The translations under genes were made by a program, and so were the position numbers. A model generated the notes under the pieces. It did no database searches. It worked only from the letters and a program-made list of their open reading frames with translations, and was not told the DNA's origin. Positions 12,990-26,678 of a DNA stretch of 64,000 bases are shown one piece after another. Source of the stretch: the human T2T-CHM13v2.0 reference genome, Homo sapiens; the NCBI RefSeq assembly GCF_009914755.1, contig NC_060947.1; one strand, given 5' to 3'. Numbering within the stretch: the stretch's first letter is position 1; each line of letters starts with the position of its first letter.

Positions 12990-13680
12990 TTGTCATAAAA
13001 TCATTTATTAAAAACTATATTTTAGGCATTATGCTAGAAAAAATGGAAAATTATGCATGCTATAGTGAAGCCCACTATCCAAAAGAGATCAACATATACA
13101 CAAAACTTTATTGTTATATTAAAATGAGGAAATGAATAAGAACAAATTTCTCACTAGGCTGAAAATTTGTATTGATTTGCCAGATACATTGAAGATAATA
13201 AAGCCTAATGCCCAAGTGCATGGAGGCAAAGGAGATTATGATTTATATAGAGAAGATCAGATGTGAGATTGTGATGGTTAGAACATTGGGGATAAATCAG
13301 TGGGAAAATTATCAGACATAATGCTGAAGTCCCAGGGCCATATCATATAGGATTCTGTTTATGTGTCAATAAAGAAGTCTTTATCCTGTAGCCAGTGTGA
13401 AGCCATTGAATAATTTTAAGTAGTATTAAATATAATTAAATGAGTAGCCATTTGGGATGGATTGGAGACAGTGGAGTGAGGTAAAACTAGAGGTAGAGTG
13501 ACTAATCAATATTCTACAACACATACTGAAAATCGGCCATAGGATAGACACACTGGAGCTGGAAGAAAGACCTTGATATAAGAGATAAGAAAAAAATGTA
13601 CAGATAAAAGTATGGTGTGCAACTCTTCCTCTATAGGTCCAATGGGCAAAGAAGAAATGAATTTAAAATTTCCTGAGGCA
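12990..13680 (-). mobile_element. L2 fragment
   Basis: taggcattatgctag...cagggccatatcatatagg...tttatcctgtagccagtgtgaagccattgaataattttaag. Confidence 0.6.
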
Positions 13681-13707
13681 GCAGTAGAGAATAGCCCAAT
13701 CTACATA

Positions 13708-13990
13708 TGCATTAATTTCTTATTGCTGATGCAACAAACCACCAAATTAGTGGTTTAAACAAGACAAGTTTATTATTTTACGCTTCTGATGGTCACAAGT
13801 TAAAAATGAGTTGCATGGGACTAATATCAAATGTTGCCTTTTTTCTGGAGCCTCTAGGGTGAAACTGTCCTTTGCTTTTTGCAGGTTCTAGAAGCCATCT
13901 GTGTTCCTTTGTGTCTGGCCACATCACTTCAATCTTTGTTTCTGTTGTTAACATCTTTCTCTGCTTCTGTCATCACATCAGCTTCTATAA
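13708..13990 (-). mobile_element. MLT1 (MLT1D-like) LTR, truncated
   Basis: tgcattaatttcttattgctgatgcaacaaaccaccaaattagtggtttaaac...ttctggagcctctaggg...ttctagaagcc. Confidence 0.75.
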
Positions 13991-16900
13991 TGCTCACTGT
14001 CCTGCTTAGAATAGCTCTGACTATTCTGGGTCTTTTGTTCTTCCATATAAATTTTAGAATTTCTTTACTATTTCTGTGAAAAATATAATTGGTATTTTGA
14101 TAGGAATTGCATTGAATATGTATATTGCTTTGGTACTATGGCCATTTTAATAATATTGATTCTTCCAATCCATGGACATGGAATTTTTTTTTTAATTTTG
14201 GTATCCTCTTCCATTTCTTGCATCAGTGTTTTATAATTTTTACTACAGAGATCTTTCAATTCTTTTAAGTGTGATTACTTTTTTATTCCTTTTTAACATT
14301 GTTCACTGTTGGCACATAGAAATGCTACTAATTTTTGTATGTTGATTTTACATCATGCAACTTTACTGAATTCATTAACAGTTCTCATAGTTTTCTTGTG
14401 GGGTCTTTAGGTTTTTCCAAATGTAAGATTTTATCTGCAAACAAGGATAATTTGACTTCTTCTTTTTCAATTTGGATGCCCTTTATATCTTTCTCTTTAC
14501 TGATTGCTCTAGCTGGGACTTCCAGTAGTACGTTGAGTAACAGTGGTGACAATGGACATTCTTGTTGTCTTCCAGATCTTAGATAAAAGGCTTTAATTTT
14601 TATCCCATTCAATATGATACTAGCTGTGGGTCAGTTGTATATGGCTTTAATTATGTTAAAGTTATGTTCCTTCTACACCCAGTTTTTTGAGGGCTTTTAT
14701 CATGAAGAGATTTTGAATTTTACAATTACTATTTCAGTATCTATTGAAATTATCAGTTTTTATCCTTCATTCTGTTGACATGTGGTATCCTCTTGATTGA
14801 TTTGCATATGTTGTACCATTCTTGAATTCCAGAGATAAGTCTCACTTGGTCATGATGAATGAATTTTCTAATGTATTGTTGAATTTGGTTTCCCAGTATT
14901 TTGCATTAATATTAAACACAGATATTTACCTATAGTTTTATTTTTGATGTGACTTTGGTTTTGGTATCTGAGTAATACTGGCCTTATAGAATGAGTTTGG
15001 AAGTATGTCCTCCTCCTCTGTTTTTCAGTATAGTTTGAATAGGATTGGTATTGATACTTTTTTTAATGTTTGGTATAATTCAGTAGTAAAGCCATCAGGT
15101 CCTGGGCTTTTATTTACTGGGAGACTTTTTTATGGCTTCAATCTCATTACTTGTTATTGGTCTGTTCAGATTTTGAATATCTTCCTGGTCAATCTTGGTA
15201 GGTTTTGTATGTAAAAATTTATCCATTTTTTTCTAGATTTACCAATTTATTGGCATATAGTTGCTCATAGTAGCCACTAATGAGCCTTTGATTTTCCGCA
15301 GTATCAGTTATAGTGTCTCCATTTTCATTTTTAATTTTTTTGTTTGGATCTTCTCTCTTTTTACTTAATCTGGATAAAAGTTTGTTAATTTTGTTTATCT
15401 TTTCAAAAATCTAACATTTATGTCATTGATCTCATATTTTTTATTTCAATTTCATTTGTTTCTGCTCTGATAATTATTATTTATTTTCTTGTATTGATTT
15501 GGGGATGGTTTGTTCTTGTTCCTCTAGTTATTTAAGATCCATCATTAGATTGCTTATTTGAAGTTTTCCTCTTTTTTGATGTAGGCACTTATAGTTATAA
15601 ACTACTATTTTAGTACTGCTTTTGCTATATCCCACAGGTTGTGGTGTGTTGTATTTCCTTTATCACTTGTTTCAAGGATATTCTCAATTTAATGTAAATT
15701 TTTTTATTGACCCATTGGTCATTCAGGATATTATTTAATTTCCACATATTTGTATAGTTTCCAAAATTCCTCTTGTTATTGATTACTAATTTTATTCCAC
15801 TGTGGTTAGAGAAGATGCTTGATATTATTTCAATTTTTGAATGTTTTAAGACTTGTTTTGTGACCTATCATATGGTCTATCCTTAAAAATAATACATGTG
15901 CTGAGGAAAACATTGTGTAGTCTGCAGCTCTTGGAAGAAGTGTTCTCTAAATGTCTACTAGAATCATTTGGTCTCTACTGCAGATTAAATCAGTTGTTTC
16001 TTTTTTGATTTTGAGTCTGGAAGGTTTGTCCAGTGCTGAAAGCAGAATGTTGCTCTCTCCAGCTATTGTTCTATTGGAGTCTCTCTCTTTTTCTGTAGCT
16101 CCAATAATATTTGCTTTGTATATCTGGGTTCTCCAATGTTGGGTGCATATATATTTTAAATTGTTATATTCTCTTGCTGAATTGACCCCTTTATAATTAT
16201 ATAGTGACTTTATTTGTCTCCTGTGGTAGTTTTCGTCTTGAAATCTATTTTGTCTGATATAAGTATCATAACTCCTCTCCTTTTTAGTTCTCATTGGCAT
16301 GAAATATAATTTTCCATTCCTTCATTTTCAGTCTATGTGTTTTTATAAGTGAAGTGTGTACCTTGTAGGCAACAGATCACTGGGTCTTGTTTATTCATCC
16401 ATTCAGCCAGTCTATGTCTTTTCATTGGAGAGTTTAGTTCATTTACATTCTGTGTCATTATGGATAAGTAAAGACTTAATCCTGCCATTTTTAAATTTCT
16501 TTTCTGTTTCTTTTTAATGATCTTCTCTCCCTTCCTTCTTTTCTTCCTGTCTTCCTCTAGTAAAAGTGATTTTCTCTGGTTATATGATTTTGTTTGTTGC
16601 TTTTTATTTTTATTTTTTGTATCAGTTGTAGGTTTCTTGGTTTGAGGTTACCACGAAGCTGGCAAATACTATCTTATAACCCATTATTTTAACCTAATAG
16701 CAACACTATTTACATAAACAAACAAGCATGCAAAAAAGACTAATAGAGATTATATACCTTAATTTTGTCATCTGGTTTTTAACTTTATATTGTATCTATT
16801 TATATCATATTGTACTGACTATGTCTCAAAAATTTGTCATAGTTATTATTTTTTATTAGGTTATCATTTAGTCTTTATCCTTAGAGTAAGAGTAATTTAC

Positions 16901-19892
16901 ACATCACCATTACAATGTTATAATATTCTATGATTTTTAGTGTACTTACTACTACCATTGAATCTTGTAACTTCAGGGGATTACTCATGGCTCATCAATG
17001 TTCTTTTGTTCTAATTGACACACTCCCTTTAACATTTTTTGTAAGACAAGTCTGGTGTTGATGAAATCTCTCAGCTTCTGTTTGTCTTTATTTCTCTTTC
17101 ATATTTGAAGAATAAATTCTCAGGTTATACTCTTAGGGTAAAATTATTTTTTTTATTCACCACTTTACATATGTCATGCCTCTCTCTCCTGGCCTGTAAG
17201 ACTTCCACTGAAATGTCTGCTGCCAGACATATTAGAGCTCCATTGGATGTTATTTATTTCTTTTTTTGCTGCTTTTAGTATTATTTCATTTATCCTTGGC
17301 CTTTCGGGGTTTAATTATTAAATGACTTGAGGTAGTCTTCTTTGTGTTAAGTCTGCTTAGTGTTCTATATCCTTCTTGTACTTGGACATTAACATTTTTA
17401 TCTAGGCTTGAGAAGTTATCTGTTGTTATCACATTGAATAAACTTTCCACCCCTATCTCTTTCTCTGCCTCCTCTTTAAGGCCCATTATGCTTGGGTTTG
17501 CACTTTTGACCCTATTTTCTATATCCAGTAAGTATGCATTATTGCTTTTTATTGTTATTATTATATCTCATTCCACTGTATATTTTCAAATAGCCTTTCT
17601 TCAAACTCACTAATTCTTCCTTCTGCTTGGTCAATTCTGCTATTAAAGAACTCTGATGCATTCTTCAGTGTGCCTGTTACATTTTTAAGCTCCAGAATTT
17701 CTGCTTGATTCTTTTTAATAATTTAAACCTCTTGTTAAATTTACCTGACAAAATTCTTAAATCTTTTTCTGCGTTATTTTACATTTTTTTGAGTTTTCTC
17801 AAAACAGCTATTTTGAATTACCTGCCTGAAAGGTTATATATCTCTGTTTCTCCAGGACCAGTTCATGGTGCCTTATTTAGTTCATATGGTGAGGTCATAT
17901 TTTTTTGAGTGGTGTTGATCCTTGTTAATGTTCTTTGTTGTCTGGGCATTGAAGAGTTAAATATCTATTGTAGTCTTCACTGCCTGGGCTTATTTGTACT
18001 TGTCCTTCTTGGGGTGGCAGATATTTGAAAGGGCTTTGGTGTTGTGATCTAAGCTGTATCTGCATTATGGGGGCACCCCAAGCCCAGTAATGCTGTGACT
18101 TTTGCAGACTCATACAGGTACCACCTTGATGGTCTTGAACAAGTTTTGGGAGAATTTTCTGGATTAGCAGGTAGAGCCTCTTTTTCTCTTCCTTTACTCT
18201 CTCCCAAACATACAGAGTCTCTTCTCTCTTCTGAGCCACCTAAAGCTGGGGTTGAAATGACACAAGCACCCCTGTGGCCACCAATACTGACTGTGCTGGG
18301 TCAGACTTGAAGCCAGCACAGCACTGAATGTCTCCAAAAGTCTGCTGTAACTACTAACTGGTTAGTGCCTATGTTTGCTCAAGGCCCTAGGACTCTACAA
18401 TTAGCAGATTGCAAAGCCAGTCAGGCCTGTGTCCTTCCCTTAAGGGAAATGAGGTTCACCAAACCCCAGGTGGATCCAGAAGTACCATCTGGGAATCAGG
18501 GTCTACAGTCAAAAACCTTAGAAGTCTACCTGGTGTTCTATTGTACTGCAGCTGAACTGGCACTCAAATCACAAGACACAGTCCTCCCTAAATTTCCCTC
18601 CACTTTTCAAAGGCAAAAGAACTTCACCCTATAGCCACCATTTCCACAGGCCATGAGGAGTACTGCCAGACTACCACCAATGTTCCCTTAAATCCCAAGG
18701 TCTCAAATCACCTTGTCATGAATGCTGCCTAACCTAAGACTCACCCTTCTGCACAGTGGGCTATCCACTGGCTCAGGGTAGGCACAGAAATGCTGTCCAA
18801 GAGTCAAGTCCTGGAATTGAACACTCTAACAGTCCACTTGGTGTTCTGACCATCACTGGTCATGCTGATGCCTAAGGTACAAGACAAAATCCCCTTACTT
18901 TGCCCTGTGCTTTTCTCAAGATGAATGAGATTTTCCCTGTAACCACCACAGATGGTAATGTGCTGAGTCTCACAAGAAGCCAGCATGTCTCAGAGGTTCA
19001 CCAAAGGTCTTTGATGTAGTACCTGGGTATTGCTGCTGATTATTCACTGACCCAGGGCTGGTAAGTTTGCAGGTGATTAATGCTACAAGGACTGGATCAT
19101 TTTTTCAAAGCAGCAGGTTCCCTTCTGGCCCAGAGGGTGTCTAGAAATGTTGTCTGGAAGCTAGGGCCTGGAACATGGGCCTCACAACTCTGACCAGTGC
19201 CCTATCATGCTGTGGATGAAGTGATGTCTTATATGCCAGAGAACTTCCTCCCAACTCTTCCCTCTCCTCTCCTCAAGTGAAAGAAAGAAGTCTTTTTTGG
19301 AGCAATGAGATGTGCAGTCTTGGGTTAGGGAAATCATGATTCCAGTACTCCCTCAGCTGCTCCAGCTGGTTTCTCAGTATGTTACATGCCCCTGCTAGAC
19401 CACTGTCACTGGGCCTACTTTAGCACTGAGAATCACCTAAGAGTTGCAGTCCTTATGGCACAGACTTCCTTTCAAGTTCACTTAGAGACACACAGTGTTG
19501 TAGCCCTTGGTGACAAGGTTAGCAAGCACTCAAGTTTGTACCACTGGGATCTATGATTCCCCTCTGGCAAGGGCTGGTTTAAACTCACCCTCTGTGGATG
19601 GGCATCAGCTCAGTTTGATCCAGTTTTTCTTTCTGCTCAAACAGAACAGCACTGAGTTCAATGTCTCCTAATTGCTGTATTCTCCCTTCTTCAACACCCA
19701 GAGATGCTCTCTGCACAATGCTGCCACTGCTGGGGGTGGAAGAGAGGTGGTATCAGCAATTCAGGACTAATTTTTCTATCTCTTCCGTGCCTCTTTCAAT
19801 GATATCAAGTTAAAACCAGGTACTGTGAGTACTCACATAATTTTTTGGTTCTTATGAAGGTGTTTTTCCTGTGTAGATACTTGTTAACTTGG

Positions 19893-22006
19893 TGATATGG
19901 TTTGGCTGTGTCCCCACAAAAATCTCATTTTGAATTTTAGTTCCCATAATCACCTCATGTTGTGGGAAGGACCCAGTGGGAGGTAATTGAATCATGGGGC
20001 GGTTATCCCCATGCTGTTCTCATCTAGTGAGTGAGTTCTCATAAGATCTGATGATTTTATAAGGGGCTTTCCCTGCTTGAGCTCAACATTTCTCTCTTGC
20101 TGCCAGGTGATGAAGGACATGTTTGCTTCCCCTTCCACCATTATTGTAAGTTTCCTGAGGCCTTCCAAACCATGTGGAACTGTGAGTCAGTTAAATCTCT
20201 TTTCCCAGTCTCAGGCAGTTATTTTTAACAGTGTGAGAACAGATGAATATAGTAAATTGGTACTGAGGGAAGGGGCACTGCTATAAGGATACCTGAAAAT
20301 GTGGAAGTGACTTTGGAACTGGATAACAAGTAGAGGTTGGAACTGTTTGGAAGGCTCAGAAGAAGACAGGAAGATGTGGGAAAGTTTGGAACTTCCTAGA
20401 GACTTGTTGAATGGTTTTGAACAAAATGCTGGTAGTGACGTGGACAATTAAGTCCAGACTGAGGTGGTCTTAGATGGAGATGAGGAACTTGTGGGGAACT
20501 GGAGCAAAGGTGACTTTTGCTATTCTTTAGCAAATAGACTGGTGACATTTTGCCCCTGACCTAGAGATCTGTGGGACTTTGAACCTGAGAGAGATGATTT
20601 AGTGTATCTGGTGGAAGAAATTTTTCATTTTCTGGAGAGAGATTCCAGCCTAATGCAGAAATTTGCACAAGTAACAAGGAGCCAAATGTTAATCAACAAG
20701 AAAATGGGAAAAATAGCTCCAGGACATATCAGAGACCTTTTGGGCAGCTCCTCCCATTACAGGCCTGGAGACCTAGAAAGAAAGAATGGTTTCATGGGCT
20801 GGGCTCAGGGCCTCCCTACTCTATGCAGCCTTGGGACATGGTGTCTTGTGTCCCACCTGCTACAGCTCCATTCATGGCTAAAAGGGGCCAAAGTAAAGCT
20901 TGGGTCATTTCTTCAGAGGGTTCAAGTCCAAAGCTTTGGCAGCTTCCATGTGTTGTTGAGCCTCTGGGTGCACAGAAGTCAAAAATTGAGGTTTGGAAAC
21001 CTCCAGCTAGATTTCAGAGAATGTATATAGATGCTTGGATATCCAGGCAGAAGCATGCTGCAGGGATGGAACCCCCATGGTGAACCTCTGCCATGGCAGT
21101 ACAGAAGGGAAATGTGGTGGTGGAGCTCCCACACAGAGTCCCCTCTGGGGCACTGCAGACACTGAATTCCAGCCCATGAAAGCAGCTTGGAGGGGGTCTG
21201 TACCCTGCAAAGCCCACAGGGGTGGGGTTGCCCAAGGCTGTGGGAGCCCACCTCTTACATCAGTGTGAACTGGATATGAAACATGGAGTCAAAGGAGATC
21301 ATTTCAGAAGTTTAAGTTTGACTGTCCCACAGAATTTTGAACTTGCATGGGTCCTGTTGCCCTTTTGTTTTGGCCAATCTCTCCCATTGGGAAGGGGTGT
21401 ATTTACTCAACGCCTGTATCCCCATTGTATCAAGGAAGTAACTAACTTGCTTTTGATTTTACAGTCTTATAGGCAAAGGAACTTGCCTTGTCTCAGATGA
21501 GAATTTGGACTTGGACTTTTGGGTTAATGTTGAAATGCATTAAGACTTTGGGGGACTGTTGGAAGGGCATGGTCGTGTTTTGAAATGTAAGGACATGGGA
21601 TTTGGGAGGGTCCAAGGGGAGAATGACATGGCTTGGCTATGTCCCCACCCACCCAAATCTCATTTTGAACTGCAGTTCTCATTATCCCCACATGTTCTGG
21701 GAGGGACCCAGTGGGAGGTCATTAAATCATGGAGGCAACTACCCCCATGCTGTTCTTGTGAAAGTTAATTCTCACAAAATCTGATGGTTTTATATGGGTC
21801 CTTTCCCCCTTTGCTAGGCGCTTCTTTCTCCTGTCCCCATGTGAATAAGGACATGTTGGACATGTTTTCTTCCTCTTTCACCATGATTGTAAGTTTCCTT
21901 ATGGCTCCACAGCCATGCTGAACTGTGAGTCAATTCAACCTCTATTATTTATAAATTACCCAGTCTCGGGCAGTTCTTTATAGTAGGGTGAGAATGGAAT
22001 AATAAA
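19893..22006 (+). mobile_element. THE1D-like MaLR provirus (5' LTR 19893-20251, internal 20252-21623, 3' LTR 21624-22006)
   Basis: LTR start tgatatggtttggctgtgtcccc. Internal region starts gtaaattggtac. Degenerate 5-bp TSD cttgg/cctga; the host L1 5'UTR resumes after it. Confidence 0.93.
19984..19994 (+). promoter_or_regulatory. DUX4-type motif TAATTGAATCA in the THE1D 5' LTR
   Basis: Exact match to TAAYBBAATCA. The 3' LTR copy has decayed (tcattaaatca). Function not shown. Confidence 0.5.
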
Positions 22007-22455
22007 CCTGATGTCCTTGTCGGGGGTACAATTGGTAGAGCCTTCTATGCTGCCATCTTGCTCTGCCTCCTTCCAATACACTTTTTTGAAAATCAAAATA
22101 TGACTGCCAAAATTAAAGAGAAATAGTGAAGATAAGGACTAATATTCCAGAAATGGACTATTTTGTAGTCCTTCTGACCCACTCACACTCCCATATATCT
22201 TTTTGAAAGGTCTGAAATTATAATGTCAAGTTGTTTTGTTACTTTTTAATACTTTGTCATGAAACTTCATTTATACATTTATTACACTTATTTTTAACCT
22301 ACATAATTTTCTGTTTTTTCTTTATTGCACTTTCCTTGTATTTTATATTTAGTTACTTTTCTGGAGAAATTTTTTCAATAATATTCATCAGAAAGGGTGT
22401 ATGGATGCTTAAATTTTCTCATTGCTTTCTTTAATTTTTTTGAATCAGATTTGAA

Positions 22456-22773
22456 TTTTCCCATTACCATATTATATTTTGTGAAGGACCTGTTCAAGTC
22501 TGTTGGACAATTATATTATGTTGTCCTCTTTTTTATTGACTAGTTTTTAGAATTTTTACATATTCTGGATACAAGTCTTTTGTAAATAAATATATCATTA
22601 GTCTCATTGTGGTTTGCATTTTCCCTCAATGGTGTCCCTAGTTGAATAGAAGTTCCCAACTTTAGTGAAATCCAATTTATTAAACTTTTCTTTTATGGCT
22701 AGTTCTTGTGTATCTTCTTTAAGAAATTATTGCCTATTGCAATATCATGAAGATATTCTCCCAGTGTCTTCTT
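22456..22773 (-). mobile_element. ancient L1 (L1MB/ME-like) inverted 5' segment
   Basis: rc reads ...aatatgtaaaaattc...gacttgaacaggtccttcacaaaatataatatggtaatggg (late ORF2). Confidence 0.65.
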
Positions 22774-23225
22774 GAAATGATGCTTAGTATCATTAGTCAT
22801 CAGAAAACTGCAAATTACAACAGTGAGATACAATTACACCAGAATACAGTGCCTACAACTGAAAAGACCAGCAACACCCAGTGTTGGCAAGGGTATACAG
22901 AAAGTGGAATTTTCATATACCGATTGTAATATTATAAGTTTGTGTGATCACTTTGTAAAACTAGTAATATATAATAAATATACTATATGACCTTGCAATT
23001 TCACTCCTAGATATATTCCCAAGAAAAGAGGGTGCTTGTAATTATCAAAAGACATGTACACAAATGGTCATAGCGGCATTATGATTTTATATTTTAGCCC
23101 CAAGCTGAAATCAACACAAATATATTTCAACAGGTCAAAGAATTTGGGATATATTCATACAAACAATGTAAAGGAAGGAATTATGAGCAGAAACATGTAT
23201 GAACATCACAATCACTAATATTTTT
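22774..23225 (+). mobile_element. ancient L1 ORF2 end/3'UTR, sense segment
   Basis: gaaatgatgcttagtatcattagtcatcagaaaactgcaaatt...tgttggcaagg...gcaatttcactcctagatatattcccaag. Confidence 0.7.
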
Positions 23226-23484
23226 AAACATCCATTGTCTTCCATCTTCTTTCTGAAATTTCTAGAAATTACCTGTCTTCTTGTCACTAAACTTTTCTCA
23301 TTATCTTTGTATAAACATAATGCTCTAAAATTGTGACACGAGAACAGCAAGTTTATAACTTAATGTGTATTGCAGAAGGCCTTGTTAAAAATGCAGATTC
23401 CTACCTCATACCTCCTCCAAGGAATTTTTATCTTAGTCATTTATTTTACACATATAGTTGTTGATTCTTAAACAAATTTGTTAT

Positions 23485-24055
23485 TGTAATGGATTTATGT
23501 TGTTTTATTTTCCAGCATCCATTCCGTTTCTTTTTGGCAACAAACCTGATTTCTCAGATCATGTGTCTTTTAGAGAAAGTGGGAGTCTGGCAAATGTAAA
23601 TATTGTCAATTAGGACATTATACTATTTTGGTCAATGTGACTGGTTTGAGCATATGCACATGGCCTAAGTCAGGCCAACACAAAAATGCAAATCAGATCT
23701 TGAAATTTTGTTAAGATATTGAGAAGGATTACTTGCTCTATAGTTCAAATTTTTACCCGGAATTAAATAGTGTTAAAGATTGTGCAGCAAGTTGATATTC
23801 ATAAATGGAATATTATTTCAGAATACAATTAACATAGGATAGGTAAATCAGGAAATGGAGAGGAAAATCTGGTTCTGATGACATTATTTGAATTTTTAGA
23901 TGTAGCCATAATTTAAACCTATATATCCCATGTGCTTTTAGTAACATGAATCAACATGCTTCCTTTCCTTCTTTTCTTTCCTTCCTTCCTTCCTTCTTTC
24001 CTTTCTTGTTTTCTGTTTGTGTTTTCTCAATTTCTTAGGTATTTTCTCAATTATA
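23485..24055 (+). mobile_element. LTR33-like ERVL solo LTR
   Basis: tgactggtttgagcatatgcacatggcctaagtcaggccaa and tctgatgacattatttgaatttttagatgtagcc motifs typical of the LTR33/LTR16 group. Confidence 0.55.
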
Positions 24056-24799
24056 ACTAATATTTTTATTATCATGTAGTTTAAGGTATCAATTCTTAAT
24101 TTTTTTAAAGTTTCCCTTACCCTTCTTTTTATAAAAAACCTAACTTATCCTAATATGTAGTATCTATTCATGTGTATCTGTTGTTTTCCAGTTGCACTTA
24201 AAAAATATGAAAATCTTTAAACCACAAGGAATTACTTGGGATATGCGGTTTCTAGTCCTGATCTATTTTTTCTCTTAAAATGTTATATTTTTCCTCTTCA
24301 ATGAGTAAGCCATAATTAATCCCTAATTTTTAAATGCAAACATCTTCATATACTAATTATATAGGTGCAGAACCATTTATCTATTTACTTGTAGTGTTCA
24401 TGTTCTTTTAATTACTATGGATTTTACAGTTCACAACAAATAAAGTAATTTAATGTTACATAACCATAAAAGACCAGGAATGATGTTGTATATTATAAAC
24501 ATATACAATATTTATAATATTGATATATATAATATAAAATACAGAAAACATGGTTCAGTGACAAAAATGACAAAAACATATGCAACTTTTAGTCCAGACA
24601 AAATAGCAATAATTTAATACACAAAGAATTACTACATACACACACACATAAACACACCATATAAATAGAGAGACAAAGACTCTCTATATAGTATCTACAT
24701 ACATACTATGTATGTATATGTACATATATACACAAACATACATTCATACATGTATAATGGAATTTTGCACTAGCAACATGAACAGTCAATTTTTTTAAA

Positions 24800-25520
24800 G
24801 TGGTATCAGTGAAAATGGCAAAGTAGGGAAATCCAAAAGTTTGTCCTGTCACAAAACCAATGAATCAATTCCCCAAATTGTCCGAATCAACTGTACTGGA
24901 ACTTTAGAAACTAATTAAAACCTTACAGCAACCAACGTAACACCTAATCAAGAAAATCCAGCTGAATCTCTGTAAGAGAGCTCCATGGCATTTTGACTTG
25001 CCCTGGTACTAGTCCCAGCTCTCCGACTTGGCAGTGGCCTGGAAGACAACAGCCAGCATTACTGGCACAGATACTTTATGCTGAAAGGAGCAAAATGAAC
25101 CTTGTTCTAAAAAAAATGTGGTTGTTGGCTTTGACTTGTCTTGTGGCTCTCTAAAGGACTGTATACAAATAGTTGCTTTTATTTTGCCTAACTTGGAACT
25201 CTCTAAAGGCTGAGAGGGATACCAAGGGGGAGGAAACATTTGTGGAAAACATTTAAAGGCAAATGAATTAGCCTATACATCCTGGGTCAAGTTATAACAG
25301 TTTGGGAAGACAACAGGCTACTCAAAATCTTGGGAGAAGAAGCAAGGAAATGAGATTCTTTGGGAAATAAGGACATTGAAGAGGTTTCAATATTCCTAGA
25401 AATCTGGAAGACTATGGTGCATGCCTAGGGCTGGATGCATGCTCAGCAAATATTTGCAAAGGTCCTACAACTCCTACTTATGGCTAACCTTCAGGCTTTA
25501 TGCAAGCAGGTAGGGAAGGT
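24800..25520 (+). mobile_element. L1MDa-like 5'UTR fragment
   Basis: aaaatggcaaagtaggg...tgtccgaatcaactgtactggaactttagaaactaatt; homologous to the minus-strand 5' end at 56470-56600. Confidence 0.6.
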
Positions 25521-25561
25521 TGAAAGTAATTAAATAACTAGAAATACTTTTACCCAATACG

Positions 25562-26206
25562 TTTCAGAAGTTCAGCTGAGCTGGAGAGAACTGATATGTC
25601 AGATGTCAGAGTAACTGACTATAGCAACAAGCCAAAATGGAAGTAAAAGTGAAGCCTCTAATCATATTCTGTGATGGTATAAGCGAGAGACAAAAATCTG
25701 CGAAGGCACTGACTCCCGTCTGTTCTATGTCCCAAATTAAACAGCACTCTGGTCAAGGGTCATATGATCAGCATAGATGTAGGTGTGGTTTCACTGTTGA
25801 GAGAGCCTCAATCAGAAAGCTTCTGTAGTTTTATGAATGCTAGGGCTATGGGAAGGAGTAGGGAGAGGGGTAGGCATGAAAAACTTCTGAGTACTGAGTC
25901 AGAATGAGAAGTATTTAAATGATTTTACCCTCCTTCGCATGATAAGGAAGTCTTTGTAGAAGTGCCTGAAGAAGACCTCTGCCAAAGACCTCAGATAAAG
26001 GAACTTAAGAATGAATGCTCTCATTTAGAAATGCAAATATGAAAAGTATATGACTGGACAGGTGGGTCTAAGTCCTTGACTGCAACTCCCCTCAGAGACA
26101 TGACTGCATATACACCAAATGTGGTGTAGGGAGGGCAGCATTTTCTCATAAAGTCTGCCAGTTAAAGGCTTCATAATTTGCTTATTGTTTGGCCTGAAAA
26201 TCACAC
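25562..26206 (-). mobile_element. ERVL-class solo LTR (MER73/MER88-like)
   Basis: rc starts tgtgtgattttcaggccaaacaataagcaaatt and ends ...ctccagctcagctgaacttctgaaa. Family name tentative. Confidence 0.45.
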
Positions 26207-26499
26207 AAAAGCCTTTGGCCAGGAGCTGGACACCTCAGGATATTCAAGACTTATAAACTGAAACCTGGGAAGATGACTAAAATTAAAAATAATAATAATA
26301 ACATAAAAATGGCTTGGTGACAAGTATGAGAATAAATTGGAATCCAAGTCTACTGTTTTTGGGAATATGAAACGTTGTGGATGCTGTGGAAAGTTGTTTG
26401 AAAACAACATGGTAAGAAAAAAAGCCAGACAAAAAAGGCTACATATTTTATGATTCAATTTATATGAAATGTGAATGGATTATAGCTCAAGAGTCACTG

Positions 26500-26678
26500 A
26501 CTCTTGCCTTTTTACTGGGATAGAGTAAATTTTCTTAAATATTTATTTATTTGCTGTATGCCCTATGGGCAATTTTTAGAAACTGTAAATGCTGCTGTAT
26601 TACAATTTATACCAATTATGTTTTTATCCTATGGTGTTTGGATCAGCAGAGCTCCTCAAGCCACCACACCAAAAGTGG
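26500..26678 (-). mobile_element. old L1M 5'-terminal fragment
   Basis: rc acttttggtgtggtggcttgaggagctctgctg...ttgcccatagggcatacagcaaat. Confidence 0.5.

Larger units (their letters stand above)
14000..22070 (-). mobile_element. L1M1/L1MA1-2-type LINE-1 with intact 5' end, ORF1, long spacer and ORF2; 3' end missing; THE1D in the 5'UTR
   Basis: 5' start (rc) ggaggcagagcaagatggcagcatagaaggctc. ORF1 relic in ORF 17286..17486. ORF2 start MAGLSLYLSIMTQNVNELNSPMKRHRLAEW at 16488. RT relic in ORF 14385..14612 ([20 protein letters not shown]...LFADK). Confidence 0.9.

Noticed and set aside
20602-21030. Longest ORF (142 aa) and neighbouring ORFs
   Set aside because: They lie in the THE1D internal region and are fragments of the decayed MaLR ORF or alternative frames; not a host gene.
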